Assembly (NCBI GenBank): GCA_015228935.1
Contig: JADGCO010000001.1
Span: 84,103-148,102, forward strand
Direction of reading: 5' to 3'
Length of the DNA: 64,000 bases
Source of the DNA: Magnetococcales bacterium
Lineage (GTDB): Bacteria; Pseudomonadota; Magnetococcia; Magnetococcales; DC0425bin3
Positions 27,041 to 36,362 of the stretch are shown here, one piece after another. The notes below the pieces were generated by a model that was given only the letters and a program-made list of their open reading frames with translations, searched no databases and had not been told where the DNA came from. A program made the position numbers and the translations under genes. Position 1 is the stretch's first letter. Each line of letters begins with the position of its first letter.

Positions 27041-28162
27041 ATGCACCTGTGGTCGTTGAAAAGTCTTTCCGACTCCCTGTTGCACCACTATGGCCGTGCC
27101 AGGTCTGCCATGCCTGCTTTGTTGACCCGGCCACTGGGATTTTTTTTCTACATTACTGGCCGGTGCAATCTCGATTGCAACTATTGCTGGCAGCGGGAAG
27201 ATGAACAGGTTGCGGATCGCAAGAGTGGCTGGGTGAATTCCGCTGCCCGGGAGCTTCCTCCCGCTGCCTGGGTCGCTGCGGTGGAGAAGCTGCCGCGCCC
27301 CTGTTTTCTTGGCCTCTCAGGTGGGGAAGCAACCCTGGCGAAGAGTTTTCCGGATATCATGGCCGCTGCAACCCGGCGGGGCATCCCCACAACGGTCAAC
27401 ACCAATGCGGCCGCCCTGCGCCCACGACAGTTGGAACAAATGCTTGCCGGATCTTTGCGCAATCTCTCCATCTCTTTGGATGGTTTTGCCGAGGTACACG
27501 ATAGCGGTCGCCGCATTCCTGGCTTGTTTCAGCGCATTGTACAGACTATAGAAACATACAACCGCCTGCGACAGGGTCGTTCCGGGGTTCATCTGACCAT
27601 CAAAAGCGTTCTGACCGATGCCAATGTGGAACAGATGCTCGCATTCCGGCAGTATTGCGCCACGACCCTGCACGCTGAGACCCTCAACATTTCCCTGGCC
27701 AAAACGGGAAATCACGCCCAGTTTACTCTCATGCACCACGAAGATGCCCGCCGGGTGATCCAGGAAAAACCTGCCAGCTTGTATCCCTACAGCAACCCGG
27801 AAAAAGTGGCCATGCTCCTTGAACGCCTGCTGCATGACAACCGTTCCAGTCCTTGTCGCGTCACCCTTTATCCCTGGATGCCACATCCAGACCGTATCCG
27901 GTACTTTTTGAAGCAGTCCGGAGAGAGTGTCTACCAACCCTGTTACCTGGCGCGGGCGATGGTGTCCGTGTTGCCGGATGGTACGGTCATTCCCTGTCTT
28001 TCCCTGGGGTTGGGAAATCTCGGGAATTATCACTACGACATCGTGGAGCTGCTGCGTGACAATCAACCTTACCGGCAGTTTCTGGAAAAGATGCGCCAGG
28101 CTGAAAGGACACTGCCCGCCGCCTGCAATGTTTGCTGTTTTTCCCGTGTCCGCAGGGAGTGA
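27041..28162 (+). CDS. radical SAM/SPASM-like enzyme (island gene C)
   Basis: YITGRCNLDCNYCW, LSGGEATL, and C-terminal Cys cluster ..QPCYLARAMVSVLPDGTVIPC..LGN....LPAACNVCCF. Confidence 0.85.
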   Translation: MHLWSLKSLSDSLLHHYGRARSAMPALLTRPLGFFFYITGRCNLDCNYCWQREDEQVADRKSGWVNSAARELPPAAWVAAVEKLPRPCFLGLSGGEATLAKSFPDIMAAATRRGIPTTVNTNAAALRPRQLEQMLAGSLRNLSISLDGFAEVHDSGRRIPGLFQRIVQTIETYNRLRQGRSGVHLTIKSVLTDANVEQMLAFRQYCATTLHAETLNISLAKTGNHAQFTLMHHEDARRVIQEKPASLYPYSNPEKVAMLLERLLHDNRSSPCRVTLYPWMPHPDRIRYFLKQSGESVYQPCYLARAMVSVLPDGTVIPCLSLGLGNLGNYHYDIVELLRDNQPYRQFLEKMRQAERTLPAACNVCCFSRVRRE

Positions 28163-28330
28163 CGTGGTATGCTCGGCTCTGGACCGGGTTTCCGGGTTTT
28201 TCGATGTATGTGGAGTGTGGGGTATGGTTGTGCGCCGAACAGAATGCCAACAAAGCACTGACAAACCTCGGTGTACACTGGATTGACATGAATTTATTGG
28301 TTCGGGTCGGGTTTTCGGTTCTTCCGCCGT

Positions 28331-29575
28331 TTGTGGAGTATGATTGTGCGCCAACAAACCATGCGCTTGATCGATGAGTGGGTCGGTCAACCCTTGTGCC
28401 TTGTTTTGCGGCTTGTTCTGACAGGACATCATGTTCTTGGCAAATTGTGGCACAGACCCGCAGCAACATTACAAAAAGAGAAGGCTGTCAAAACCATCCT
28501 GTTGCAAAAATATTTTGGCATCGGCAGCATCCTGCACGCCATACCGCTGATTCGTGCCCTGCGTCGGCGTTATCCTGATGCCCGTATCGTCTTTGTCACC
28601 TTCCAGCCCATGGTGGAAACGATCCGACTTTGCAGCATCGCCGATGAAATCATCACCCTGCCGACGCACTCTCCAACAGCCTTTGTTGCAGCACTTTTCG
28701 GTACCCTGTGGCGCTTGCGCAGACTGCCGGTGGACATTTCCATTGACCTTGAATTTTTTGCCCGGTTTACCTTGTTGTTTTCCCTGCTGAGTGGTGCCCC
28801 TGTCCGCATGGGGTTTTTTTTACGGCATATCCGACCCGCCGCCTTGCTTTCTCATCCAATTTATTATAATACTTATCATCACTTGCGGTACATTTACTTT
28901 GCCTTTGGACAGGAGCTGGGGTTGACTCCCAACGCCGAATTTTTCCGGGATGTGCTGCCCACTCCCTCCAGTCTGGTAGAATCCCGATGGCGTGACCGCC
29001 TGGGACTGGATGCCCAACTGCCCATTATCGTCGTCAATCCCAACACCTCCGAACTGGTTTATCAGCGACGTTGGCCAGCCGGTCATTTTCAGAAATTGAT
29101 CGGACGCATGGCCGAACGCTGGCCGAGGTACCAATATGTCCTGGTGGGAACGCGAAGCGAAAAAAAATATGTGGACTCCATCGTCGCTGGTCTGCACGCA
29201 ACGGCAAACAAGGTCATCAATCTGGCAGGGGTCACCACCCTGGCAGAGCTTTTCAGCTTGCTGGGGTCCGCCAGCCTGGTGATCACAAGCGACTCGGGTC
29301 CCATGCATGTTGCTGCCCTCTACCAAACCAACCTTGTTGCATTTTTCGGCCCGGAGACACCGGTCGTGTACGGACCGGTGAATACCAATGCCATTGTGTT
29401 CCACGCAAGCCACCTCTACTGCTCGCCCTGTCTGAATGTGTATGACGCCAAAAAAAGTGTCCATTACCATCCTTGCGAGAATCCCCTTTGCCTTCAGGCC
29501 ATCGATCCTGACATGGTTCTGAACATGATTGAAGAAAGATTTCTTGCATGTCCGACACAGCCTTCCCACCCCTGA
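28331..29575 (+). CDS. glycosyltransferase family 9 (heptosyltransferase-like) (island gene D)
   Basis: ..ILLQKYFGIGSILHAIPLIRALRRRYPDARIVFVT.. and ..VINLAGVTTLAELFSLLGSASLVITSDSGPMHVAAAL.. are typical GT9 N- and C-domain motifs. TTG start at 28331; alternatives at 28340 and 28361. Confidence 0.8.
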   Translation: MWSMIVRQQTMRLIDEWVGQPLCLVLRLVLTGHHVLGKLWHRPAATLQKEKAVKTILLQKYFGIGSILHAIPLIRALRRRYPDARIVFVTFQPMVETIRLCSIADEIITLPTHSPTAFVAALFGTLWRLRRLPVDISIDLEFFARFTLLFSLLSGAPVRMGFFLRHIRPAALLSHPIYYNTYHHLRYIYFAFGQELGLTPNAEFFRDVLPTPSSLVESRWRDRLGLDAQLPIIVVNPNTSELVYQRRWPAGHFQKLIGRMAERWPRYQYVLVGTRSEKKYVDSIVAGLHATANKVINLAGVTTLAELFSLLGSASLVITSDSGPMHVAALYQTNLVAFFGPETPVVYGPVNTNAIVFHASHLYCSPCLNVYDAKKSVHYHPCENPLCLQAIDPDMVLNMIEERFLACPTQPSHP

Positions 29576-30462
29576 TCAGTCCGCTGACGCGCTCCAGACT
29601 GGTGGAACGGGTCGGGGAAAAACTTGTCGCCACGGATGGAGACGAATCTTTCTTCATACGGGACGGCATAGCCGAACTTCTCGTTTCTGCGGAGCTGGTT
29701 GCGCATCAACGTCATACACAGGAAGCCTTCGATACCCTGCCGCTTGCCGGACTTCCCTATTTTCGACCTGCGTTCTTCATCGACGCCGCCCGTTCCCTTC
29801 TTCTCCACGCGGAAACCCCGCCCCGAACCTTCGCCGAACTTGGGGGCGGAGAGGGTCATCTGGCCAGGCATCTGCACGACCTCTGGCCGGGACTGCAAAG
29901 TTGTGTGTGCGATTTGAGTCGTTCCTCCCTGGCCCGTGCCCCGCACCAACTGTGCCGGATCTGGTGTGATGTCACCCGACCGGTATTTGCTCCCGATACC
30001 CTGGACGCGGCTGCCTTCTGGGTATCACTGCATCATCTGTGTGTTCAGGAGCAGACCCAGGCCATGACGGAAATAGCCCGTGCGCTCCGTCCGGGTGGCC
30101 TGCTCCTGGTATGTGAACCCAATGCCGATTTTTACCTGCGCAAGGTGGTCTACAGCACATGCCTGGCGCAGGATGTATATTTCGACCAGGAAGCTGCCGT
30201 GGATTTTTCCCGTTTGGTCGAAGCAGCCACTTCCATCGGTCTGGAACTGGTCAGGTGGCGTTTCAGAAATCCGCCCTACAATCCTGTTTTTGTTCGTAAA
30301 CTGGCGAAATGGCCAGTCTATCTTGCCGCCGTGGAGTTGTTGCATGGGCTGGATCGACTCCTGCTCCGCCCTTTGACCACACGACTGGCCGAGCCTTCCG
30401 CCAGCAACCTTTCCCGGCATCTGACTCTTTACGGCGAAGCCATTTTCAGGAAACGTCCATGA
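29548..30462 (+). CDS. class I SAM-dependent methyltransferase with Cys-less Trm112-like N-terminal segment (island gene E)
   Basis: N-terminus ..LVATDGDESFFIRDGIAELLV (Trm112-like strand motif). MT motif I AELGGGEGHLA, and post-I ..LRPGGLLLVCEP. Confidence 0.7.
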   Translation: MSDTAFPPLISPLTRSRLVERVGEKLVATDGDESFFIRDGIAELLVSAELVAHQRHTQEAFDTLPLAGLPYFRPAFFIDAARSLLLHAETPPRTFAELGGGEGHLARHLHDLWPGLQSCVCDLSRSSLARAPHQLCRIWCDVTRPVFAPDTLDAAAFWVSLHHLCVQEQTQAMTEIARALRPGGLLLVCEPNADFYLRKVVYSTCLAQDVYFDQEAAVDFSRLVEAATSIGLELVRWRFRNPPYNPVFVRKLAKWPVYLAAVELLHGLDRLLLRPLTTRLAEPSASNLSRHLTLYGEAIFRKRP

Positions 30463-31412
30463 TGTGTCCAACGTCGGCGGAATCAACCATCGCCAACTCT
30501 GCGTCTTCTGTCTGGGGTTGTCCTGTTTGTGGTGACGCACGGCATCAGCGAATTGGTTCGGTGCAACACCACCCTTTACATGTCTGTGTCGCATGCCGAT
30601 TGCAGTTTTTGCATCCCCAACCGACGCCGACAGAGCTTGCCGCCATCTATCGGGACTACTATCAGGCGTGGGGAAAACTCGACGAGCCTGCCGTACAGGC
30701 TCAGGTGTCTGCCATGAAGCAACAGACCTTTCATGGCTACCTGGATATATTGGAACACTACGGGACCAAAGGGGGATCGCTCCTGGATATCGGTTGCGCG
30801 ACAGGCGATTTCCTGTTGGCCGCTCGACAAAGGGGATTTGCTGTTCATGGCGTGGAAATCTCGCCGGAGGGAATCCGCCGCAGCCGGATGTTGTTTGGTT
30901 CCGCACACATCCATGCCGGTTCCCTGGATGACACGGCCTTTGCCGACCATCTTTTCGACATCATCATCCTGAGCGATGTTCTGGAACACATTTCCGATCT
31001 GAAGGGATTGCGTCGGCACATTCTGCGCCTGATGCAGCCCCGGGGCATGCTGCTTGTCGTCACGCCCGACGCCGGCAGCCTCAGTTGCCGTCTCATGGGC
31101 ACCCGCTGGCCACATTACAAACCTGAACACCTGTTTTATTTTCAACGCGGGACGATCCGTGCGTGGTTGCAGGACTCCTTCCAGCTCCTGGTCTGTCAGC
31201 GCGCCGTCAAGACCCTGACGCCCATATATTGCGGGCAGGTTCTGAAACAATATGGTCAATTCCCCCTGGCCAGAATGACGGGGCGGTTTTTTTCGTCGCT
31301 GCCCGACTTTTTGGGCAACAGGCATGTTGCGGTCAGCCTTGGCGAAATGCTCGTCGTGGCCAAACGGGCGTCAGCCCCCCTCGGACTCGAACATTCCCAG
31401 CCACAGACATAA
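30459..31412 (+). CDS. class I SAM-dependent methyltransferase with N-terminal zinc-ribbon (island gene F)
   Basis: Track ORF trimmed to MMCPTS.. (ATGA overlap with gene E). CPVCG..17..CVACRLQF, motif I LLDIGCATGDFL, and ..ILSDVLEHI.. Confidence 0.75.
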   Translation: MMCPTSAESTIANSASSVWGCPVCGDARHQRIGSVQHHPLHVCVACRLQFLHPQPTPTELAAIYRDYYQAWGKLDEPAVQAQVSAMKQQTFHGYLDILEHYGTKGGSLLDIGCATGDFLLAARQRGFAVHGVEISPEGIRRSRMLFGSAHIHAGSLDDTAFADHLFDIIILSDVLEHISDLKGLRRHILRLMQPRGMLLVVTPDAGSLSCRLMGTRWPHYKPEHLFYFQRGTIRAWLQDSFQLLVCQRAVKTLTPIYCGQVLKQYGQFPLARMTGRFFSSLPDFLGNRHVAVSLGEMLVVAKRASAPLGLEHSQPQT

Positions 31413-31477
31413 ACGTCCCATCGGTTCAGATCCCCTCTGACCGAACATTCCCAGCCACAGACATAAACGTCCCATCG
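31388..31477. repeat. 36-bp perfect direct repeat x2 (31388-31423 and 31442-31477), spaced 54 bp
   Basis: CGAACATTCCCAGCCACAGACATAAACGTCCCATCG occurs twice. Copy 1 contains the last codons and the stop of gene F. Confidence 0.9.
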
Positions 31478-31506
31478 ATCCGGCACTCCGGCACTCTGTC
31501 ACTTCG

Positions 31507-33870
31507 TCACAAAATGAACCTGAAGAGTCTCCAGACAGCGTATGGCGGGAGGTAGGTCAGGCGGACCTCATGCCGGCCTGGGGGCAGCGGAACTCCCTGA
31601 AAGGCAAGATCGACCGGAAAGAGATGTGCGGGCTGATTATCGATGGTTGCCTGCCAGTAACTGCTGTAGCTGTTGGTAACGACCAGCATGGCATCTCCTG
31701 TGGATTCGGTCACAAAGGCATAGTGATCAGGTCCGGTTGCCTGAATCGAGACCGAATCCACGACCCCTTCAAGCCGGGATTGTATGCCGGAGGGAGGGGT
31801 GTATGTTCCGGCATCTGCCGCTGTCATGTACGCCGTGGAACGGAGTTGTTCGATTCCGGCCTTGCCCATGGCGGCCATGACATCTTCCTTGGTGGGAAGG
31901 ATTTGCGTGCGTTCCGTCAGGAAAGCCCGGGGCAATACCTGGCTGTTTTCATAAATGTGTACCGGCAATGGACCGGGATAGGATTGCTGCCCCAGACAAG
32001 CAAACAGTCGGTAAAGTGCCGTAAATAAAGTGTCTGTCGTTATGGCAGGATCGCACCAGGTTTGAGCCGGGTTGGTCAGCCGGGGAAAATGTGCCTGGGT
32101 TGGAACAGGATGCAAGCGGAAATCGTCCAGGGGCTGCCGGGAAACGATATATCGAACATTGGCCAGGGAAAGAAGATTCATATCATAAAGTGATCCCACG
32201 TTCAGGGGCAGGGAAGACTCTGCCAGATTATCCCGAAATGTTGGCTTGCGGGATGGAGCATTCTGCCGCATGTTGGCAGGGGTATATAAATAGGCGCGAT
32301 GCCCCCATTTCAAAAAGTAATCCCGGATAAACTCGGAATAGCGTGAATCGTGCATGGCCGGGTCCAGGATGAGTGACCAGAAATCATGATAACGTTTCGG
32401 GTAGACGTTCATGTACCCGTCTGCGGTTTCAAACCCGTAGCTCCCCAGAATGGCCGTATGAAGATTCGATGCCCCATCGCTTACCATGACGGCACGGTAA
32501 CGCTTTTTGATCGCAACGGGCACATCTTTTGCCCACGCCAAAAGTTGCGGGTGCTTATAATAGGCGGCAAAATGGTTTTCTTCGAACACGATGGCAGAGA
32601 TTTCGTTGCGTGTTTTTCTCGCCAGGAGATAGGTCAACAATACCACAAGAATGGCCAGGGCAACCCGACCTGCCAGCCGGGGCAGGGATTGACCCTTGCA
32701 GCTTTCCCAACGTTCCGCAAGATGATGAATGGCCAGCGCACTGGTGATGGCAGCGAAAAAGAATGTGTAAAATACCCAGCGCCACCATCCGAATTTGAAG
32801 AGAATCCAAGGTTTTGCGGTGGTCAAATGGGTGACGATGACAAGCAGCATGGGAAAGAGATATAACCCGGAGAAAGTCAGGATCGAGATGACAAGATAGG
32901 TGCCAATCCTGGTTCTTTTCCAGTTTGCATCGGCCAGCATGATGCCAAGAATGCTGAGCAGCCAGGGAATGACCATTTTGGGAAACACGTACAGAAACAT
33001 GTCCGGATCAAACCGGATCTCCCCCGACATGTCCGCCGAGTTGGCCCGATGCGAGAGGGGGGCGTTCAGCAATTCGGACAGAAGGTGGGGAATTTCGGGC
33101 AAAACCATGCCTGCCAACATGCCCATCGCGACCTGAATGAAGGATCGGTTCCAGCGTTGCGGGTGTACCCAGAAAAACACCCCAAGGAGAGGAGCCGTCG
33201 TGATACTGATGAAAAACGGGGCATTGAGCGCATAAACCACACCACAAACAAAGCCGGTCAGCACGGCAAAGGTGCGTTTCGGCCAGTTGGTCAGGCGTAT
33301 GGCTGTCCAGGCCATCCAGGGAAACAGTTCCAGAGCAAGCCCAAGTTGGGGATAGGGCGGGTCGTTGACCAATGTGCAAATGATTCCCCCCAGCAGGGCA
33401 CTGAAACGCTTGACGGAAAAATCATCCACAAGCAGGCGATACGTGAAATACCCGGACAGAAACAACTGGATAAAATGAAACAATCCGTTGACCAGCCATG
33501 CTGGCATGACAAAAAACAGGTACTGGTCGATGTTGTGAATGTACGACGAGGCGTAATCTGTCCCTGATAATTGCAAGGGAGACCACAGATGGGCAGACAA
33601 TCCCTGGGCGGCAGTGGCTGCATAGTTGGAAAAGAATGAATCTGCATGGTCACCCATCGGTATGTATGCATGCTCACCGAAGGCCCAGCGCGGGAAGGAT
33701 CGCAAAAGCGCCCAGAGAATGAAAAAGAGGAGCGGCCAGAGCGATGAAAAAACAGAAGAAGAGGAAGCAGGTGGGGGAGAAGAACTGTTCGCATCCTGGG
33801 GTGGCGGGGCAGGCCAGGAGGAATTCCGGGAACAACTTTCCTGGGCTTGACACATGCGCGTGTGAGACAT
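31507..33870 (-). CDS. large polytopic membrane protein, YfhO/DUF6044-like (putative GT-C-type glycosyltransferase) (island gene G)
   Basis: The 997-aa track ORF is trimmed to MSHTRMCQ.. (33870), because the upstream 630 nt are antisense to gene H. More than 12 hydrophobic segments. The C-terminal soluble part ends ..LVVTNSYSSYWQATIDNQPAHLFPVDLAFQGVPLPPGRHEVRLTYLPP, which resembles the YfhO-family C-terminus. Confidence 0.65.
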   Translation of the reverse strand: MSHTRMCQAQESCSRNSSWPAPPPQDANSSSPPPASSSSVFSSLWPLLFFILWALLRSFPRWAFGEHAYIPMGDHADSFFSNYAATAAQGLSAHLWSPLQLSGTDYASSYIHNIDQYLFFVMPAWLVNGLFHFIQLFLSGYFTYRLLVDDFSVKRFSALLGGIICTLVNDPPYPQLGLALELFPWMAWTAIRLTNWPKRTFAVLTGFVCGVVYALNAPFFISITTAPLLGVFFWVHPQRWNRSFIQVAMGMLAGMVLPEIPHLLSELLNAPLSHRANSADMSGEIRFDPDMFLYVFPKMVIPWLLSILGIMLADANWKRTRIGTYLVISILTFSGLYLFPMLLVIVTHLTTAKPWILFKFGWWRWVFYTFFFAAITSALAIHHLAERWESCKGQSLPRLAGRVALAILVVLLTYLLARKTRNEISAIVFEENHFAAYYKHPQLLAWAKDVPVAIKKRYRAVMVSDGASNLHTAILGSYGFETADGYMNVYPKRYHDFWSLILDPAMHDSRYSEFIRDYFLKWGHRAYLYTPANMRQNAPSRKPTFRDNLAESSLPLNVGSLYDMNLLSLANVRYIVSRQPLDDFRLHPVPTQAHFPRLTNPAQTWCDPAITTDTLFTALYRLFACLGQQSYPGPLPVHIYENSQVLPRAFLTERTQILPTKEDVMAAMGKAGIEQLRSTAYMTAADAGTYTPPSGIQSRLEGVVDSVSIQATGPDHYAFVTESTGDAMLVVTNSYSSYWQATIDNQPAHLFPVDLAFQGVPLPPGRHEVRLTYLPPYAVWRLFRFIL

Positions 33871-33987
33871 GCAGATATGACCTCGCAGACTACCTGGAAA
33901 ATTGGTATTCTCCGCTGAATCAAATCGGTCGGTCAAGGGTGGTTGCCACCCATTGCTTGCGAAGTGTTCGGGAGAAACGGATTCACC

Positions 33988-35073
33988 ATGGGACTCTTTC
34001 GCCAAAGGGCGCGGCTTTACACCCGGATCGTCATGGCCGACAGGCTCGGTCTGGTACAGCCTGTGGTGACGGCCTTCTTCATTACCACCCGTTGTAATGC
34101 CCACTGCAACTATTGCTACACCGACAAGGGTATTGCCAAACGCGATGAGATGACCACCCGCCAAATCTGCGATACCGTGGACGGGTTGGTCGGAATGGGC
34201 ACACGCATCATCAACCTGATGGGCGGCGAACCCTTGTTGCGGGATGATTTTCCTGAAATTCTGCGACACATTCGCGCCAGGAACATTGTTTGTGATGTCA
34301 ATACAAACTGTTTCCTGATCGAAAAGCACCTGGATCTGTTGCGCACACACGCCACGCAACTGTTCACCAGCCTCGATGGTGACGAACAAGCCCACGATTT
34401 GAATCGCGGTGCAGGCACGTTCAACAAGACGGTGCATGGCATTCGTCTGGCCCGGCAAGCCGGTATCCCGGTACGCATCAATTGCACGGTGACACGACAC
34501 AATGCGGACAAAATCGATTTTTTAATTGATTTTTCAGAACGTTACAACCTGTTTCTCACCTTCACCCCTCTGGTGCGCGCCCATACCGGAACTCTGGCAA
34601 GCACGGCAGCCCTGACCCCCGACGACCAGGAAGCCAAAAATATTTTTCAACGCATCAAGGCTGCCAAGGCTCGCTCGACGCGCATCATGAATTCCGATGC
34701 CGCCCTCGATTATTACATCCATTATCCGGTTCCTTTCGGCACCATTGTGGGACGTGATGAAACCGGCCTCCATCGCAACTACTACACACGGACCTGTCCC
34801 TACGGACGGTTGCAGTTTTTTGTGACCAGCAATGGCAACGTGTACAGTTGCCACAACATGTGGAACGAACCAACCTATCAGCCGGGCAACGTGTTGCGTC
34901 AGGGAGTGCGGGATGCCATCATGCAGGCTCATGCAGGCCTGACCTGTAAATATTGCTGGCTGGCCAATCTGGTGGAGTGGAACGAGTTCACGACCCTCCC
35001 CTGGCTGTTCAAGGGGATCCGTATGACACTCAGGCAGATGTTCGAACGTTCGCAGCCGGGATCCGGCATATGA
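33988..35073 (+). CDS. radical SAM/SPASM-like enzyme (island gene H)
   Basis: Trimmed to MGLFRQRARL.. ITTRCNAHCNYCY, LMGGEPLL, and C-terminal ..TCPYGRLQFFVTSNGNVYSCHN.....CKYCW. Confidence 0.85.
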   Translation: MGLFRQRARLYTRIVMADRLGLVQPVVTAFFITTRCNAHCNYCYTDKGIAKRDEMTTRQICDTVDGLVGMGTRIINLMGGEPLLRDDFPEILRHIRARNIVCDVNTNCFLIEKHLDLLRTHATQLFTSLDGDEQAHDLNRGAGTFNKTVHGIRLARQAGIPVRINCTVTRHNADKIDFLIDFSERYNLFLTFTPLVRAHTGTLASTAALTPDDQEAKNIFQRIKAAKARSTRIMNSDAALDYYIHYPVPFGTIVGRDETGLHRNYYTRTCPYGRLQFFVTSNGNVYSCHNMWNEPTYQPGNVLRQGVRDAIMQAHAGLTCKYCWLANLVEWNEFTTLPWLFKGIRMTLRQMFERSQPGSGI

Positions 35074-35221
35074 CCTCTGTTTCCGCTCCGAATGACCTTA
35101 CGTCAATCGCGCACCGGAAACACCGGAACGGTGTGAGTCCTCTGCCACGCAGAGCAAACGCAGCGGACCACAACGTGGATTTCCGATCCGGCATGGGCAT
35201 GATGGAACATTCCAGGAAAAG

Positions 35222-36343
35222 ATGGTAATCCAGATGAACATGGCGCGCACCATACGGGACCTGATCGTTCTGATACGCATCATCATCCAGGTGTTGCGAG
35301 TCAAGATTACTCGGCGGGCGCGGCCAGTGTCGGTAAATCTCCAGGTGACCAAACACTGCAATCTGGCGTGTTCCTACTGTTTTGCCGACCTGGAATCCCT
35401 GGCCACAGTCAAGGATCCCGACACATCGGAAATGATGGAAACCATTGACGAACTGTATCGCCATGGTTGCCGACACATCATCCTGATGGGAGGAGAACCC
35501 CTGATCCGAAAGGATATCGGTACCATCATTCGCCATATCAAAAACAGGTGGATGCGTTGCGAGATCGTCACCAACGGCTATTATGTCGCGCAACATCTGG
35601 AGGATTTGCAGGCATGTGATTCGGTCTGCGTCAGCCTGGATGGCCTTCGGGAAAGCAACGATGTCGTGCGCGGCAAGGGATGCCACGACACTGTGGTCAA
35701 AGCCATGGATTTTCTCCACGCAAAGGGAATCAAAACCCGGATTCATGCCATCATCACCCGGGAAAATCTGCACAGCGGCAGCATGCGCTACATCGCCGAA
35801 TTGGCAGCCAGATACGGATTTGCTTTCAATTTTTCCATGGCCATGCTGCGGCCTGAACTGCGGGATGATTCCATCCATTTCACCGAAGAGGAGATCCAGG
35901 AGATCATTGCCGAGTATCGGCAGTTGCGCATGGACGGATTCCCGGTCTTCACCTCGGAGAGATGTCTGAAATATGTCGCCAAATGGCCCAAGAAAGGCTC
36001 CTATACAATTTTTGAGGCGGACTCATTGACCCCGGAAGAAAAGCGTTGGGTCATGCCCTGCAACTATGGCCGTTACAATGCCTTCCTCGATGTGGATGGC
36101 AGTGTCTACAAATGTTGCCTGACCTGGAAAAACGGCCTCAAATGGCGCGAACATGGCATGCAGGCCTGCATCGATCATGTGGGCCGGAATCTGCTCCATT
36201 GCGTTTCCTGCCGCAGCATTGGGGACATCGATCGGGCCATGTTGCTGGAATTTGCCAGTCTGGGCAACTTGAGGATGGTGTGGAACTATTTGTTCAAGCG
36301 TTCCGGACGGCAAAAGGCAAAAGCAGTGCGCACATCATCATGA
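35222..36343 (+). CDS. radical SAM/SPASM-like enzyme, paralogue of gene H (island gene I)
   Basis: VTKHCNLACSYCF, LMGGEPLI, and C-terminal ..PCNYGRYNAFLDVDGSVYKCC....CVSCRS. Alternative starts at 35234 and 35240. Confidence 0.85.
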   Translation: MVIQMNMARTIRDLIVLIRIIIQVLRVKITRRARPVSVNLQVTKHCNLACSYCFADLESLATVKDPDTSEMMETIDELYRHGCRHIILMGGEPLIRKDIGTIIRHIKNRWMRCEIVTNGYYVAQHLEDLQACDSVCVSLDGLRESNDVVRGKGCHDTVVKAMDFLHAKGIKTRIHAIITRENLHSGSMRYIAELAARYGFAFNFSMAMLRPELRDDSIHFTEEEIQEIIAEYRQLRMDGFPVFTSERCLKYVAKWPKKGSYTIFEADSLTPEEKRWVMPCNYGRYNAFLDVDGSVYKCCLTWKNGLKWREHGMQACIDHVGRNLLHCVSCRSIGDIDRAMLLEFASLGNLRMVWNYLFKRSGRQKAKAVRTSS

Positions 36344-36362
36344 AAACCAGGCAGCGAAACCC

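Noticed and set aside
25317-31325. Long antisense ORFs across the island (25317..26399-, 27317..28453-, 28820..29569-, 30025..30906-, 30576..31325-)
   Set aside because: Each lies opposite a plus-strand gene with clear catalytic motifs (radical SAM, GT9 or methyltransferase). No independent signals support them.
33925-33960. Sigma-54-like TGG...TTGC and small GGGTGG-TTG-CCACCC hairpin in the G/H divergent region
   Set aside because: The GG-to-GC spacing is two nucleotides too long for a -24/-12 promoter. The hairpin is too short to interpret.
33871-34500. N-terminal 210 codons of the 997-aa minus-strand ORF
   Set aside because: This part is antisense to radical-SAM gene H and has no membrane or known features. 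The membrane protein plausibly starts at 33870/33855, just before its first hydrophobic helix.
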